Source of the DNA: Eledone cirrhosa
Taxonomy: Eukaryota
Direction: 5' to 3'
Assembly: GCA_964016885.1 (NCBI GenBank)
Contig: OZ024742.1
Location: 298,158,001 to 298,222,000, forward strand
Length of the DNA: 64,000 nt
How positions within the stretch are numbered: the stretch's first letter is position 1; each line of letters begins with the position of its first letter. Position numbers and translations under genes: made by a program. The notes under the pieces were generated by a model. It was not told the origin of the DNA. It saw only the letters and a list, made by a program, of their open reading frames with translations, and did no database searches. Shown piece by piece: positions 37,708-51,064 of the stretch.

Positions 37708-38379
37708 TATAACTCCCAAGCAAAATTAGTATAACAGTATATGACAAGGCTGTACCTGTAATTTGAAAGTCCAGTAAATTTTCCACACAAAGTTTGGGCC
37801 AAATGATACCTTCCCAAGATGAAGCACAGTGGGATCAAAACCAGACAGAACCTTATGATGGTAAAGCAAACTTCTTAACCACTCAGCCATGCCTGTATTT
37901 CAATATTGAAATAGTTCTATAGAATATTGCTGAGGCAAAGTGTGTAATTTTGAAGGACCCAAAGCACCATATGATTCCAGGCCATATCACTGATTATGCC
38001 TGAAGCCAACATTACTAAGTGTCTATGATATTTTTTAAGGCTTTGGTTTTAAGACTACAATTTATTTAGTCTAGACAGACACAACAGCAAAAAACAAGTA
38101 CTTTAAGGTCACCTTTGACGAAGTTCTTCTGAGAGCCAATCATTTTAGTTACCTCCTATGACACAAAATGATACAATATACCAATTTTAAACTGAATATA
38201 GGAAGTATGTCTTCTGCCTTGTACACTACATTTTATTCAGCTTATATCAAAATTAGAAATAAATTCTATTTTCTTCTAGAGAGAACCTATTCCTAATTTA
38301 GGTATAAGAGGAATCAGATGTAGCATTCAAATAGAAGAATCTACTGGTCGAGATATGTAATGTGTATAGATAATAACAG

Positions 38380-38610
38380 TTGGTAAAGAAGTGCCAGGAG
38401 ATCCAAGAGGAAGGAACATGTGGAAGAGAAAGTCCAAGAAAGACATGAGCAGAAGTGGTGAAAGCTAATCTCAAGATAATGACTCTCATGAAAGAAAAGA
38501 CAAAGATACACTATACATGTTGAAATGCTGTGTTGGAGAGGACAAGTCCAACCTATGCAAGCATCAGAAAATGAACTCAAAATAGATGATGATGATAATG
38601 ATGATGATAT
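38380..38610 (+). mobile_element. Old RTE 3' end
   Basis: VKKCQEIQEEGTCGRESPRKT*AEVVKANL, then ATGCAAGCATC and (GAT)n. Confidence 0.78.
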
Positions 38611-40344
38611 ACAATTTATTATCTATCTATCTAAAATTTTTGACATAATATACTATTCTCCTTACTTTCTTTTTTGAGTTGCATTGATTTTGTGAACATA
38701 CATTCAGAAATCCTATAGTTTTTTGCCAATTAATTTGATTTACTGTTGGCCACAGGTTTATTCCATGTTCTGCCATGTCAATTAGATATATTGATATTTC
38801 TACCTTTTAAAGAAGCAAATAAACTATAATTTATTTCTCTTGTTTCAATAGCCACCTATTAGATTTTGTTATATGAATATCTCACTCCCTCCTGACTAAG
38901 ATTTAGGGTTGATGATATCACTACTGGTTGGTATGTTAGTAGAACCTATTCTTCTTTAATTAATTTTTGAACTATTTAGCCAAGAGGGCATAGCAGTGTG
39001 CATAACCCTTTTACAGATCTCTACAACTAATAGGAAAGAGAGGGAGAGAAAGGTATCTTCAAAATAGAGACCTGTTTTGAATGTTTTCAATAGAGTGTAC
39101 TCCATTAAAGTTCCCAAAAGGCCAGATGATAGTGTTAAACAGGGTGAGGGTGATGGATTAAGTCTATCACTGGAGTAGGCCAGGACAGGACTTGAACTCC
39201 GAATATAAAGAGCTGGAACAAATATCACAAACCATCTTATTCAAAGTTCTAATTATTCTGTTAAACCTTCAATTAGTACTTTATCTATCAACTCCATTAA
39301 GAATAAATGTAAAGTAATCATGGCTTAATTTAAACTGAGAATGCAAGAAACTAGAATATATACTACAAGGCATTTATTTCTACACTTGTAATACTTCTGC
39401 CAAAAAAATGTTCTCTTTTTTTCAGATCTTATAAAGTGTTTCAAAATATTCTTGAGATTGGACATTTTCTGCTGTTATACTGAGTCCTGTGATACTATCT
39501 CAAATTATTTATTTATACATATTAGAAGCACCCTCCATGATGTGGAAAGTCAGGTCATGAAACTCCACGTTTATAATAGAATGATTTTTATTTATACACT
39601 CCAAATGTGTTTATGTATACATACTTTACTGTGTGTTTAAAAATTGTTATTTTTCTGCAGACAACTGATTGAACTACTTCACAATCCCCTAAAATCGAAT
39701 TCCACTGGAACACATCTTGATTTATAAAATGAAAGTCAATTGGAAAATAGCTTTCACATTACAGAAGCCTGTATTCCAGCAAAATATTCAGGCATGCAAT
39801 GATTCTGTAATGCAGAGGATGTTTGCACATACATATAACTCATTTGATTTCAGTTTTCTGTTGTCACCATACAATTTATATATTAGTTTTCATATATATG
39901 ATAACTCTTGACTTTATGCTGTTAGAGCACCATATATCCTACATAGTGGAAGATTAATAAATACCAGTCATTAACAGACAGATTCCATTTCAAGCTAGCT
40001 ACTGTTGAGACCTCCAGTATCCTCAGTCTTGAGACTGCCACTGTCTTCCACCAAATCAGGATTAGAAAGTAGCCCTATAAAGTGGAATGTTTGATGTAGC
40101 AGATATCACCAACCTTTCCTTGTAGCAACGTTTTTTGCTATCATGCTTGGAGTTTAACTTAGATATGCTGTTCAAATGAAGGTATGGATTGTGCTAGCTG
40201 TTGTTTTGCTTTTGATGTAGTAGTTACAAATTTTAGGAAGTATGTTTTAGAGATGTAATTTATGTATTGAACTTTTCAGGTTTGCTTTTCTTCATAGGAT
40301 GGCATCCAAGTCCATTTCTTAGGCAAACATTTTCAATATTTATT

Positions 40345-40980
40345 TTAACCATTCTGTTATCAAACTGCCTGAAACTGCCTCTAGTTCTATGATAGAAAAC
40401 TGATTGTTTTAAAGTGTGTAGATTTAAATGTAACCCTTTTATTATAAATTTATCTAAGAAAATTTTGCTTCAAACACCATCATAAAAATCAAACGTTAAT
40501 TATATTACTAGATCCTTCAATTTTTTTTATTTTCAAATTATTTGAAAGTCATAAATATAGTAAGGGAAGAGTGAAGTTTCATATTAAAGAGAATAGTTCA
40601 GTAAGTTCTTTTTAAAATGTGTCTTCTTGCTATCTGTGAGCAATTGATTTATGGTAACAGCTGTTGTATGCAAATATATATCAATAATCATTGATGTCAT
40701 CAAATCTTTATCAATGAATAGGTGAGTATTTCTTTTGATACTAAACTGCCTGAAACTACCTCTGGTTTTATGGTACAAAACTATTTGTTTTAAAATATTT
40801 ATATTTATCGAAAAGCCTTTCATCATGTAAGAACATGTTAAATTCTGCTCCGAACATCAGCTTGATTATGAGAAAGTTAGTTATATTACTAAATCACTCT
40901 CAATTTTTTTTTTTTTTTTTTTCAAAAGTTGCTTGTAAATAATAAGCAGTGCATTTCATTAGAAATATAGTAACATAAGG
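40345..40980 (+). mobile_element. Two same-orientation copies of TTAA MITE family 1 (about 40345-40565 and 40730-40980)
   Basis: Both contain AAACTGCCTGAAACTRCCTCT...TATG. Confidence 0.72.
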
Positions 40981-41969
40981 CTGAAGGAAAGGTATTTTTC
41001 ATAATGCTACTTTTAAAAGAATATTTGTCAATTACAATGTCAAATTGTTTTCTAGTTTTGATATATTTTATGATTTTCCCTGAATTAAGAATGTCTTCTC
41101 AATATCAGCTACTGAATCATAATGTTAATATCACATTGTAATTTTGCCAATAACCAATTAGTGATTTCTTTCTTTGCTGTTTAATGAAGTAGGGATGGGC
41201 AGTGCTCATAGACCTTTCCAGAGCCTCTGAGACAATTAGTGGGAAATAGAATGGACATCTGCCAATTTTGACAGTGTGTATTAAATGTTCCAGTATAATT
41301 CTCAGGAGGATTCAGTGTGAAAAAAGGTATGACAAGGCTCACCTTTTAAATTACAAGCACAGATATCGAATGGGATTCCATGCAGTTTCTCTCTACTCAA
41401 TTTCATTCAGAAATGTTGGGTTAAACTGTGGCTGTGGTAAATGACACTTGGAATGGAGGAAGGAATGTAACCCAAACTGTAAGTCTGACCTGAATGCTTG
41501 CACAGGAGTGGGTTCCACTAAGGGCCTTCAATGACCAATGACCATGTGGTGTTCCCAAATAGGCTGCAGGGGGGTTTTAACTCAGAACTTAAATGGCCAG
41601 AACAAATACCGCAAGGTATTTCATCTGATACTCTGGACTAATCCACTGTTCTGGACAGGTACTTTATTTTATTGACTTTAAAGGGATAAAGGTGAAGTTG
41701 ACTTTGGTGGACTTTGAACTCAGAGTGTAGAGAACTGGCATAAATACCACAAGGCGTTTGTCCTACACTGATTCGATTAATTAACTGCTAGAATGATTCA
41801 CACCAATAGTATTTATAAGCTTTCTATAATAGATCTCAGGACAATTCGTGGGTTCAATGTAATATTCTAAATAGTTTCCTTGGCACAAAAAACTTGGATA
41901 ATAACTGAAATAATATGATTGTCAATACAAGTGACCGAATTGGGGTGCCTCCAAAGGGCCTTTGAAGTA

Positions 41970-42250
41970 ACATTACTTCGATTTAAAAATCATAGCTCTG
42001 ATACTATGGGCATGTGGTTAGAATGTCTCAGGAAAGAATCACTGGACAAATTTTATAGGCAAAGCCAACTGAAAAGTGACCCAGGGGTCGTCCCCAAGCA
42101 AGATGTTTGGATAACATCTATGAGCTTGGCTGGTCTTACTTGGGGATCCAGTTGGACCTGTTGGAGACAGTTGCTTCTGAGAGAACCCACAGGAAGGAGT
42201 GTCTGAGGACTATGCCCCTATGACCCTCACAGGAATAAGTGGGTAAAAAA
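41970..42250 (+). mobile_element. Decayed Expander/Rex3-like RTE 3' end
   Basis: YYGHVVRMSQERITGQIL*AKPTEK*PRGRPQARCLDNI. Confidence 0.65.
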
Positions 42251-42685
42251 GAAGTTTACCTAACACAAATATATGGTGTTGCTCTTTCTGTTGTCAGTTT
42301 AACCTATGTTTCTTATCACAAACTTAAAATGAGAAATGATCTTCAAATTTCATCTGCACCCTGAGTTTAAATCTCACAAGATTAATTTTGCCTTTTACTT
42401 TTACAGAGTCAATGAAATAAAGTACTAGTCCTGTGTGGTTATTTAGTGGAATTGTTAGAACATGCATAGATTAATTACCAGGTTATTTTACTATGTTCCA
42501 AACTCAGTGATTCTGGAAATATTGGCCATGGATAACCAAAAATGTAGCACCAATAACAAGCACGTGCATCAAAGATTACAAAAATAAATAGAAAATAATA
42601 TTGCAGATTGAAGCACTATAGGATGACGATCAACCTACTCCCCCTCATCATTAACATCTTCAGCATCCTCATCATCATTACATCA

Positions 42686-42901
42686 TGATAAAAGCCGACC
42701 TTACCCAATTATACCTCTCAAAGGCGATGACACACGACCGTGAACTCTGGCATCACGCAGTAATACAGAGTACCTGACCTCCCATGGGTACAAGCTGAAG
42801 CATATAGACAATATGCCCCCACACCCTCCCACTGCAAGGTGGTCGTGGAGGTGCCACGGCAAAAAAGCACCCAGCCCACACTGTAAAGTGGACGTGTAGG
42901 C
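42686..42901 (+). repeat. 216-bp inverted duplicate of 43182-43397
   Basis: One mismatch seen by eye. ORFs 42701/42718 mirror 43167/43054. Confidence 0.95.
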
Positions 42902-42981
42902 ATGCTGGCATGGTTTAGAAAGTTCATCATAATCCAAAACAGCTTATACGTTTTATATTTTAATATAGTTTCTATTGGTAG

Positions 42982-44090
42982 ATCATCATCATCAGCATCA
43001 CCGTTTTACGTCCGTTCTTCCACGCTAACATGGGTTAGACGGGTTGTCCTGTTGTGGGCAGTGTCTGGTCGGCAGACCATGCCTTGCTCATACAGGAAGT
43101 GATTTGGCTTGATTTCTACAGCTGGATGCCCTTCCTAACACCAACCTCATTTACAGTGAGTGTTGGGTGCTTTTTCGTGGCGCCTACACGTCCACTTTAC
43201 AGTGTGGGCTGGGTGCTTTTTTGCCGTGGCACCTCCACGACCACCTTGCAGTGGGAGGGTGTGGGGGCATATTGTCTATATGCTTCAGCTTGTACCCATG
43301 GGAGGTCAGGTACTCTGTATTACTGCGTGATGCCAGAGTTCACGGTCGTGTGTCATCGCCTTTGAGAGGTGTAATTGGGTAAGGTCGGCTTTTATCACCT
43401 CATCCCAGGTCATCTTGTGTCTCCCCACTCCGCGGTTTCCATCGACTTCTAGTGCTCTGCACCTTTTTATGCACCTGTCATCCTTCATATGCATCACATG
43501 TCCATACCAACGCAACCGCCTCTCCTGCACACAGCATTTGATTCCTCTTATGCTCAGTCTCTCTCTCAATTCATTTATGCTTTGTCATTCGCGTATATTA
43601 CTATTACACATCCATTGGAGCATGCAGGCTTCGTTTCTCTCTAATCTACGTAAGTCTTCCACCTTCAGTGCCCAGGTCTCACTACCATGTAACATTGCTG
43701 TTTGGATACACGCATCATACAGTCTGCCTTTCATTTTGAAGGAGAAGCCTTTTGCAGCTAGCAGTGGTAGTAGTTCCCTGAACTTCTTCCATCCCGTTCT
43801 TACCCTAGTTATTGTACTTTCTGAACACCCACCTCCTCGGTCACATAGGTAGAGGAAGCTGTCTACTGTCTCTACAGAGCCCTTCCAGAGATTGGTGGTA
43901 CTTGTTTCCTGTGGCTGTTTGCTGCTTGCTGTCCCAGTACAGCTGCTGCATGTGAAGCCTACATTCTTAATTAAGCTTCCTGAGATCCCGCTACATCTCT
44001 TGTGTACCCATTGTTTGCATTTGGGGCAGAGAATGGAGTTCATACCTACACCTTTCCTACATACTGAGCAAGGCCATTTCCCTGAGATAC
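42982..44090 (-). mobile_element. 5'-truncated RTE LINE (PHD finger, thumb, modular 3'UTR, (GAT)n tail)
   Basis: GKWPCSVCRKGVGMNSILCPKCKQWVHKRC...CSSC...RLRWYGHV, and tail CCCATGTTAGCGTGG...GGACGTAAAAC. Confidence 0.95.
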
Positions 44091-44159
44091 TCTTCCTAAT
44101 GCCAACCAATTTGCAAAGTGTACCGGGTGCAGTTTTTCATGGCACCAGCATTACCACAT

Positions 44160-46700
44160 TATACTACCTCTATATGAATTATTTGAAGTAAAGACTAAAG
44201 ATGACAAACAACTGCAAACAATGTTACAGAAAATGTGTTGATTTGCTAAGGAAATTGGCATGTAATTTAGTTCAGGAAATTGTACTAAGGGAACCTTGAT
44301 GATAGAAAAATTAATTAAAAGCACTCATTTTTAAACAAAGACAAAGAGAAATGAGATTTAGACCAAACACAGAGTTAGACGTTCTTAGAATTAATGAATA
44401 AGACAGATTCCAACACATTCATATGAAAAAAGAAATTAGGAAGGAATATTCTAAATAAATTTGATTAATGCTATAAACTTAGCTAAATGTCCTGAATAAT
44501 TTAATACACAGCAATATTCTAGCTGTTCCTTTAATAAGTTATAGTTATGATATTATTGCAAGCTAAATGAATTAGCAAGGCTAGATAGGAGAACAAGGAA
44601 ACTAATGAATGCATTTAGAATACACACCCCAAGGTCAACATTACCTTTCATCCATTCAGAGTTGATAAAATAAAGTTCCAAGAGGGGAAAATTGAGAATT
44701 GTTAGAGTCTCAAGCAGCATTTTTTCTAGTTCTTTATATTCTGAGTTCAAATCCTGCTGTGACCTACTTGTGTGGCTATATAATCTATCACTTAGTGTAC
44801 CTTGTCTTTGGATGGCTTAAAAAGCATTCAGGTTAAATCTTTAGTTTGAGGATAACATTCTCCTTCCCTTCCACTGGTCTTCGAGGACCTGAAAAGGGTC
44901 ATGGACAATGCCCTTCCCGCCTGACTAAACATCATCATCACCATTTAACGTACATTTTTCCATGTTGGCTTGGGTTAGACGAGTTTTTCTGTTGTAAGCA
45001 ATGCCAGGTCAGGAGTCCATGTCTTGCTCATACAGAACTAATTTTGGCTTGGTTTCTACTGATGAATGTCCTTCCTAGTGCCAGTAAATTGAAAACCAAA
45101 CTAAACCACAAAATTTCACAAATAAAAGAAGGTAATGGTCTTCTACAGTAGATTGTTTTCAAATAATCTACTGCAGGGCTACAAAATTATATAAAGAATA
45201 CAGAACTAAACAAAAAACATTTTTAATAATACCATCAAATATAAAATAGGAGCTATCATTGGTGTTATGAAAAGCAAACAACTGTAGAAACTATGACAAA
45301 ATTTGACATGTATGAACATCATATTACTCTCAATCTATCTAGTGGGGCAGAACTCCAAATAGGAACAAACTCAAATTCTGTTGACCCATCCAACACATGC
45401 CTGCACACACTCACATTATATATATTCATATATATGAAGTTTTAGGCCTAGAGGCTCTTTAGGCTGGTGCTTATCCCAGTTTCCTTGGTGGCTGTAAATA
45501 CATGAAGCCCCTCCTGGACAGAAAATTAGCTCATCAAAAAAATTAAACCCCAACTACAGTTGACAGTAATTTTCAGCTGAGAATACTTGGGGAATGTGAA
45601 ATGAAGTGTTTTGCTCAAGAACACAATACAAAACCTGCTCCAAGAATCAAGCCCACAACATTATGATTGTAAGACCCAAACCCTAACAACTAGTCCATAC
45701 ACCATAAATATATATATTCTGTAATATGGAAGGGTGTCCAGTGATAGAAAACAAGCCAAAATACAGATCCATATGAGTAAAACATGACCACCTGACCTAA
45801 CTTGTTTCTCAATGTGACAACCCATCTAACTCATGCATGAAAAAATAGACATGATGATGATATATTTTATATATTTGTACTTTGGGAGGGTCATGCTGCC
45901 AATAAAAAACACACGCACCTGTTGGTTTTCACTTTAATTTATTATAAATTACCAGTTGGCTGGCTGGTTCAATAACTGGATGGTTGTTTATATATTGTCA
46001 AAGCTCTTTCATTACACATTATGTGACCTCCTCAGTGACTGGGTTTTTATTTTGTGTCCCTCCTCTGTTCTGTCCTACACCATCTTGTTTTTGACAATAT
46101 ATAAACAACCATCTGGTTATCGAACCAGCCAACCAACCGGAAATTTATAATAAATTGAAGTGAAAACCAACAGGTGCGTTTGTTTTATTGGAAGCATGAC
46201 CCTTCCATAGTATAACAATATCTGTTTCAACATATGTTTTCGGATAAGAAATCTTGCAAGACAAATTTAAAAACGATATATTTATATATATATATATATA
46301 TATATCCATAAACACTCACACACATATATATCTATACTTGCACACACATACATATATGATGATATGATGAGAGAGAGAATAGAGGGAGAGAGAGAAGATA
46401 GAGACAGAAGAGAGAGATGTGGTAGAAAACTATAAAGTACACCCACAAGGATGTACAAATGCACACTACAAACTTCTTCAGAGTGTGAGACAGTGACAAT
46501 AATCTGAGACATGTAAATTCATGCGGACAGGAAGATTAGTAAGTCACATCAGATATAATTACTGATTAGAATCGATGTATTGATCAGTTGATATCTGGAT
46601 GACAGTATAAATCTTAAAGAAAGGGTGAAACTATCTAAATATATAGATCTGGAAATAGAGATAACCAAAATGTGGGGATTGATAACACAATGTCTCATAA
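44160..46700 (+). mobile_element. Decayed R4/Dong LINE broken into pieces by later insertions
   Basis: LYMNYLK..DDKQLQTML..FAKEIGM*F (about 44165-44270), AVPLISYSY (about 44520), EGNGLLQ (about 45130) and KERVKLSKYIDLEIEITKMWG (about 46615-46680) occur in the expected order. Confidence 0.62.
45871..46276. mobile_element. Third fold-back Penelope-like element (about 125-bp inverted arms plus tail ending in (TA)n)
   Basis: About 45878-46002 is inverted at 46090-46212. A minimal hammerhead-like motif lies on the minus strand at 45997-46039. Confidence 0.62.
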
Positions 46701-47644
46701 CTTCAAGCACTACCAGAGTGAACAGTTCAAGACAGTCGATGTTTGTTTTCAGTTTGTACAGGTCAATCCCCATAAAGAAAATTGGGCAGGGATGAGCTAA
46801 CAAGAGAGTCTCTATGTGAAAACAGTTAGAAATAATTTGTTATTATAAAGACCAGTACAAAGTGGTCTTGAATAACACTAGCATTAGTATTACAATATAG
46901 GTGCAGGCAGGCCTCTATAGTTAAGAAGTTTCCTTCATAATTTAATGGTTTTAGTTTTGGTTACACTGCATCTATCGATTATAACCTTGAGTTGTCCAAT
47001 GGCTTGTGAGTGAAATTTGGTAGATAGAAACTGTGTGGATGCCTGTCATATATATGTATGCATGCACATATGTCTGCCTGTCTGTGTGTATACTTACTGT
47101 TTATTTCCTATACTGAAGTGGTTCAATTAATTGAGAACAATAAAATATGTACTAGGGTCCATATGATTGACTAAGTCACTTCCAAGTAAGTGCCCCAGCA
47201 TGACCACATTCTAATCATTGAAATCAATAAAACAATAAAAGGATACTGCTCAGGATAAACCAGTGTAGTATGATTGACAATGTTTAGTCTGAGGCCATGT
47301 ATGATAGCCAGATTCCCTGGAATCACCAATTGGCTGACAATCAGACACAATAAAAGGTAGAGAAGACCCTTTTGTTTTCATGAATACATGACAACCTCTC
47401 TAATGCTTGTGACATGACGAAATGTATACATTACACTCTGTAAATTGTTAGCGCTGATGCCATGATAAAATGTACCTAAAGTGTTTGGTGTTTGGTAGAA
47501 CATCCAGTGCAAGGAAACAAGCCTTATATGGAAATATATGTGTATGTCATGGTTCGTTGGCCAGTCTAGTTTCAGAAAATGATGGCCCATATAATATCCA
47601 TGCCTGCATGGAAAACATAAAATGATTTACCATCATCATAAGTA

Positions 47645-47862
47645 ATCATAGTGGAAGGAAGATGCAGTAGAGGAAGACCATGGAAAACATGAGCAGAGGT
47701 GGTGAGAGCTGACTTCAGATAACTAAATCTCACAGAGGAGATGACGAAGGATCATAATGAGTGGAGAGATGCTGTGCTGAAAAGGACACATCCCACACTT
47801 GTAAGCAGGGAAAAGTGAACGTAAAAGGATTATGATGATGATGATGATGATGATGATGATGT
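47645..47862 (+). mobile_element. RTE 3' end
   Basis: VEGRCSRGRPWKT*AEVVRADF...LTEEMTKD...WRDAVLK, then GCAGGGAAAAGTGAACGTAAAA(GAT)n. Confidence 0.85.
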
Positions 47863-48035
47863 GTGGACACATTTCCCATAATAGCTAACAGCAAATGCAC
47901 TGAAGAAAAAGAGGTCCTCTTGGTAACTGATGTTGGGATCAGACATGAATTCATGACCATACATCAAATTGAAATTCTACATTACAATAAATGTCTGTAA
48001 ATTCAATATAAATTGAAGGCTCAGCACACACACAA

Positions 48036-48073
<38 letters not shown>

Positions 48074-49364
48074 GTATACATATCATCATCATCCATTTTC
48101 CACAATAGCATATATACACACACATATATATATATATATAAAGATAGAGAAAGAGAAAGATCTATATATGTGTGTGTGTGTGTGTGTGTGTCTGTAAACA
48201 TATATACCACCAAGGCACAGTATACAAATGACAACTGTGGATATAGATAGACACATTAGAGATGGGCTAAATAGTCTGCCAAATGCATATTGCACCGTTC
48301 GTATTTATTTCAAATTAATTCAAAGCTGTTTTATGCTAATACTCTCATTAAATGTCTGATGGTCATAGTACTAAACAGACATTTAATTATATGACTTTAA
48401 GTATCTTTTTTTAAATTTATAGTTTTATTTTGCATTCAGTTTTCTATATCAGTTTTGTTGAATGAGTTTGCTAATGTAATTATGCGGATGCGACTATTTC
48501 ACAGCAGGGCAAACCTCTTTTCTATGTAAACTAAATTTAGTTCTTATGGCAAATCTTAAGGCACATCAAATTAACAAATATAATGGATCCAGATTAATTT
48601 TTCTATTATCATAAAGCATTTATTATTAAGGCAGATTGGCAGTATCGGTACAGTGTTGGAAACCATGCCTCGCAGCATAGAGTTACAGACCTTTACATGT
48701 TTAAATCCTGCCAAGGTTAGCCTTTCATCCTTCCGGGGTTGATAAAATAAAGCACCAGTAATACACTGGGGTCGATTTAATCGACTATCCCCTGCCCTTC
48801 AAATTGCTGGCCTTGTGCCTAAAGTAGAAACAATTATTATGGAATTGTTCTTGTTTGAAAAAGTAATTTTACCCATTAAAAAATACATAAAAACTGTTAT
48901 ATTCACTTTTCATTTACAGACCACACTGTAAAGTTGTCATGGAGGTGTCACAAAAAAACCCCTGTACACACACTAGGAAGAGCATCCAGCTGTAGAAATG
49001 AAGTCAAAATCAGTTCTGTATGAACAAGATGTGGTTATCTGGCCTCACTTGTCTCATGAGACAACTTGTCTAACCTATACTAGCATGGAAAGATTGATGT
49101 TAAACGATGAAGATGATGACGATGATGAGTTGTCAAGATTTTTCCTGCACCTCATGGTCACTCATACGCTGCACTCATGGTCACTCATACCCTTTCACAG
49201 CAACTGTTTTAAAACTTAAGTACTGGTCAGTTTTCTTAGGTTACATCTAAATTCATGAAATCGATGTAACAATTTCATAATAGTAGCAACCAGTTGTCTG
49301 ATTACATTGAAGTTAGTACTTATGTTTAAAAAAAACAGATTAAATTACAAAGAATTAAATTCAT

Positions 49365-49577
49365 TTAACCCTTTAGCATTTACATTACTCTATATATGTT
49401 ATTGTATTTTCACGGTAAAGGCTTTATCTCACATAATATTGGATATATGAGATTTTGATATTTATTTTGAGAACAATACCTTAACATTAATATGAGTGGC
49501 TTGTTACAGCCAGTTTCAAAAGAAAGTGATGAGAGAATTCTGGCTGGATATGACCGATTTAAATGCTAAAGGGTTAA
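49365..49577. mobile_element. TTAA MITE family 2 (piggyBac-type)
   Basis: Perfect termini TTAA-CCCTTTAGCATTTA ... TAAATGCTAAAGGG-TTAA. Confidence 0.88.
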
Positions 49578-50397
49578 AAGAAAATAATGTTGCCATTTAC
49601 ATTCTGATTTCGAATCCTGACAAGGTTAACTTTGTCTTTCATATTTCTAGGTTTGATAGAATATAATATCATTCAAGTACTGAATTTAATTCAGTTGACT
49701 TTACCCTCCTTCCAAATTGCTGGCCTTGTGCTTAATTCACAAATAATTATTAAAGATTTACTTGTGGTGCCAGTGAGTTAATCAGAGTCTGTTGAAACTG
49801 AAGCAAGTACATTGTGGAAGAGCAATTTAAAAAAAAAAGTTTTTTTTAATATATTCTCTTAAAATCTTGTGTGTGTGTGTGTAAGGCATGGTTCTGTAAT
49901 AGTTTTAATTTCAGACATGATGACCCATCAAACCCATAACAGCATGGGAAAACGGATGTAAAATGATGATGATAATTTTCCATATCAGTTTTTGTTGAAC
50001 ATGTTTGCTAATCTAATGATGCATATGTAAATATTTCAGAGCAATGCCAACCACTCATCTATAAAAACTAAAGACAGTACTTATGTTTCAACAAGACAGA
50101 TCAAATTAACAAGATGAGATGCCTTTAAAAGAACATAATGCTATAATTGTGTCTGGATTTAAACCAACAAGCTGTGAGCAATGAGCACAATCCTATTCAT
50201 TATTTGGGGACATTCAATGGCTCAGTGAACAAGATTCTTTGTCATAAACAACTCTCTAAACATCCTAAGTAAAAGAGAAAGAGATTGTTGAATCAAATGG
50301 AAAGAGATAAGTTGTTTGTTAATTTATAATGCTGTGATCAAGTTATTTAAGTGGAAATAAAAGCATAATGACACACAACACTCTGTGTAGGAGTTTC

Positions 50398-50442
<45 letters not shown>

Positions 50443-51064
50443 AAGAACCACAGATGAGGGCAGTAAGTGATTCATGTTTAAAAACAGTGTAGGTGTTGAT
50501 ATGCAGTATAATCCGGATTGAGCAGGGTCCTCAATTGGGATTATATCACATACTTATATATATATATATATTTATATTTATCTATTGATTCATCTATGTA
50601 TAAAGGGTAGAAAAGACTCTTTAGTAATTTCAAAGACTTGACAAACTCTGTAGTGCTGGTGCCACAAAATGCCCCAGTACACTCTGTATAGTGGTTGGTG
50701 TTTAGAAAGATGTCCAGCCATAGAAATAATGCCATACATGAAATGCACAAATAAAAATTGATGTGGGGTGTAATGAGACTCCAATATATGCCTGCAAGGT
50801 GTTTCTGGAAAAATAAATAGTTCATTTTTACACTTTTAAATGACACTATATCTATCTTGCTGCAAAAGTGACTTCCATATTAATTTCTTATCATAATGAA
50901 GCTTTAATTATTCGAGTGTTGTATTTGTTTTACAAGTGATTTGATCAGAGACTGTATATTGAAAACCCAAACACATATTTACTCCCAAACTGATATCACT
51001 TTTTATATATTTCTTTCATGTGTCATAAGTGAAAAGTAAACATAACAGCTTTTGTGTATTTCTA

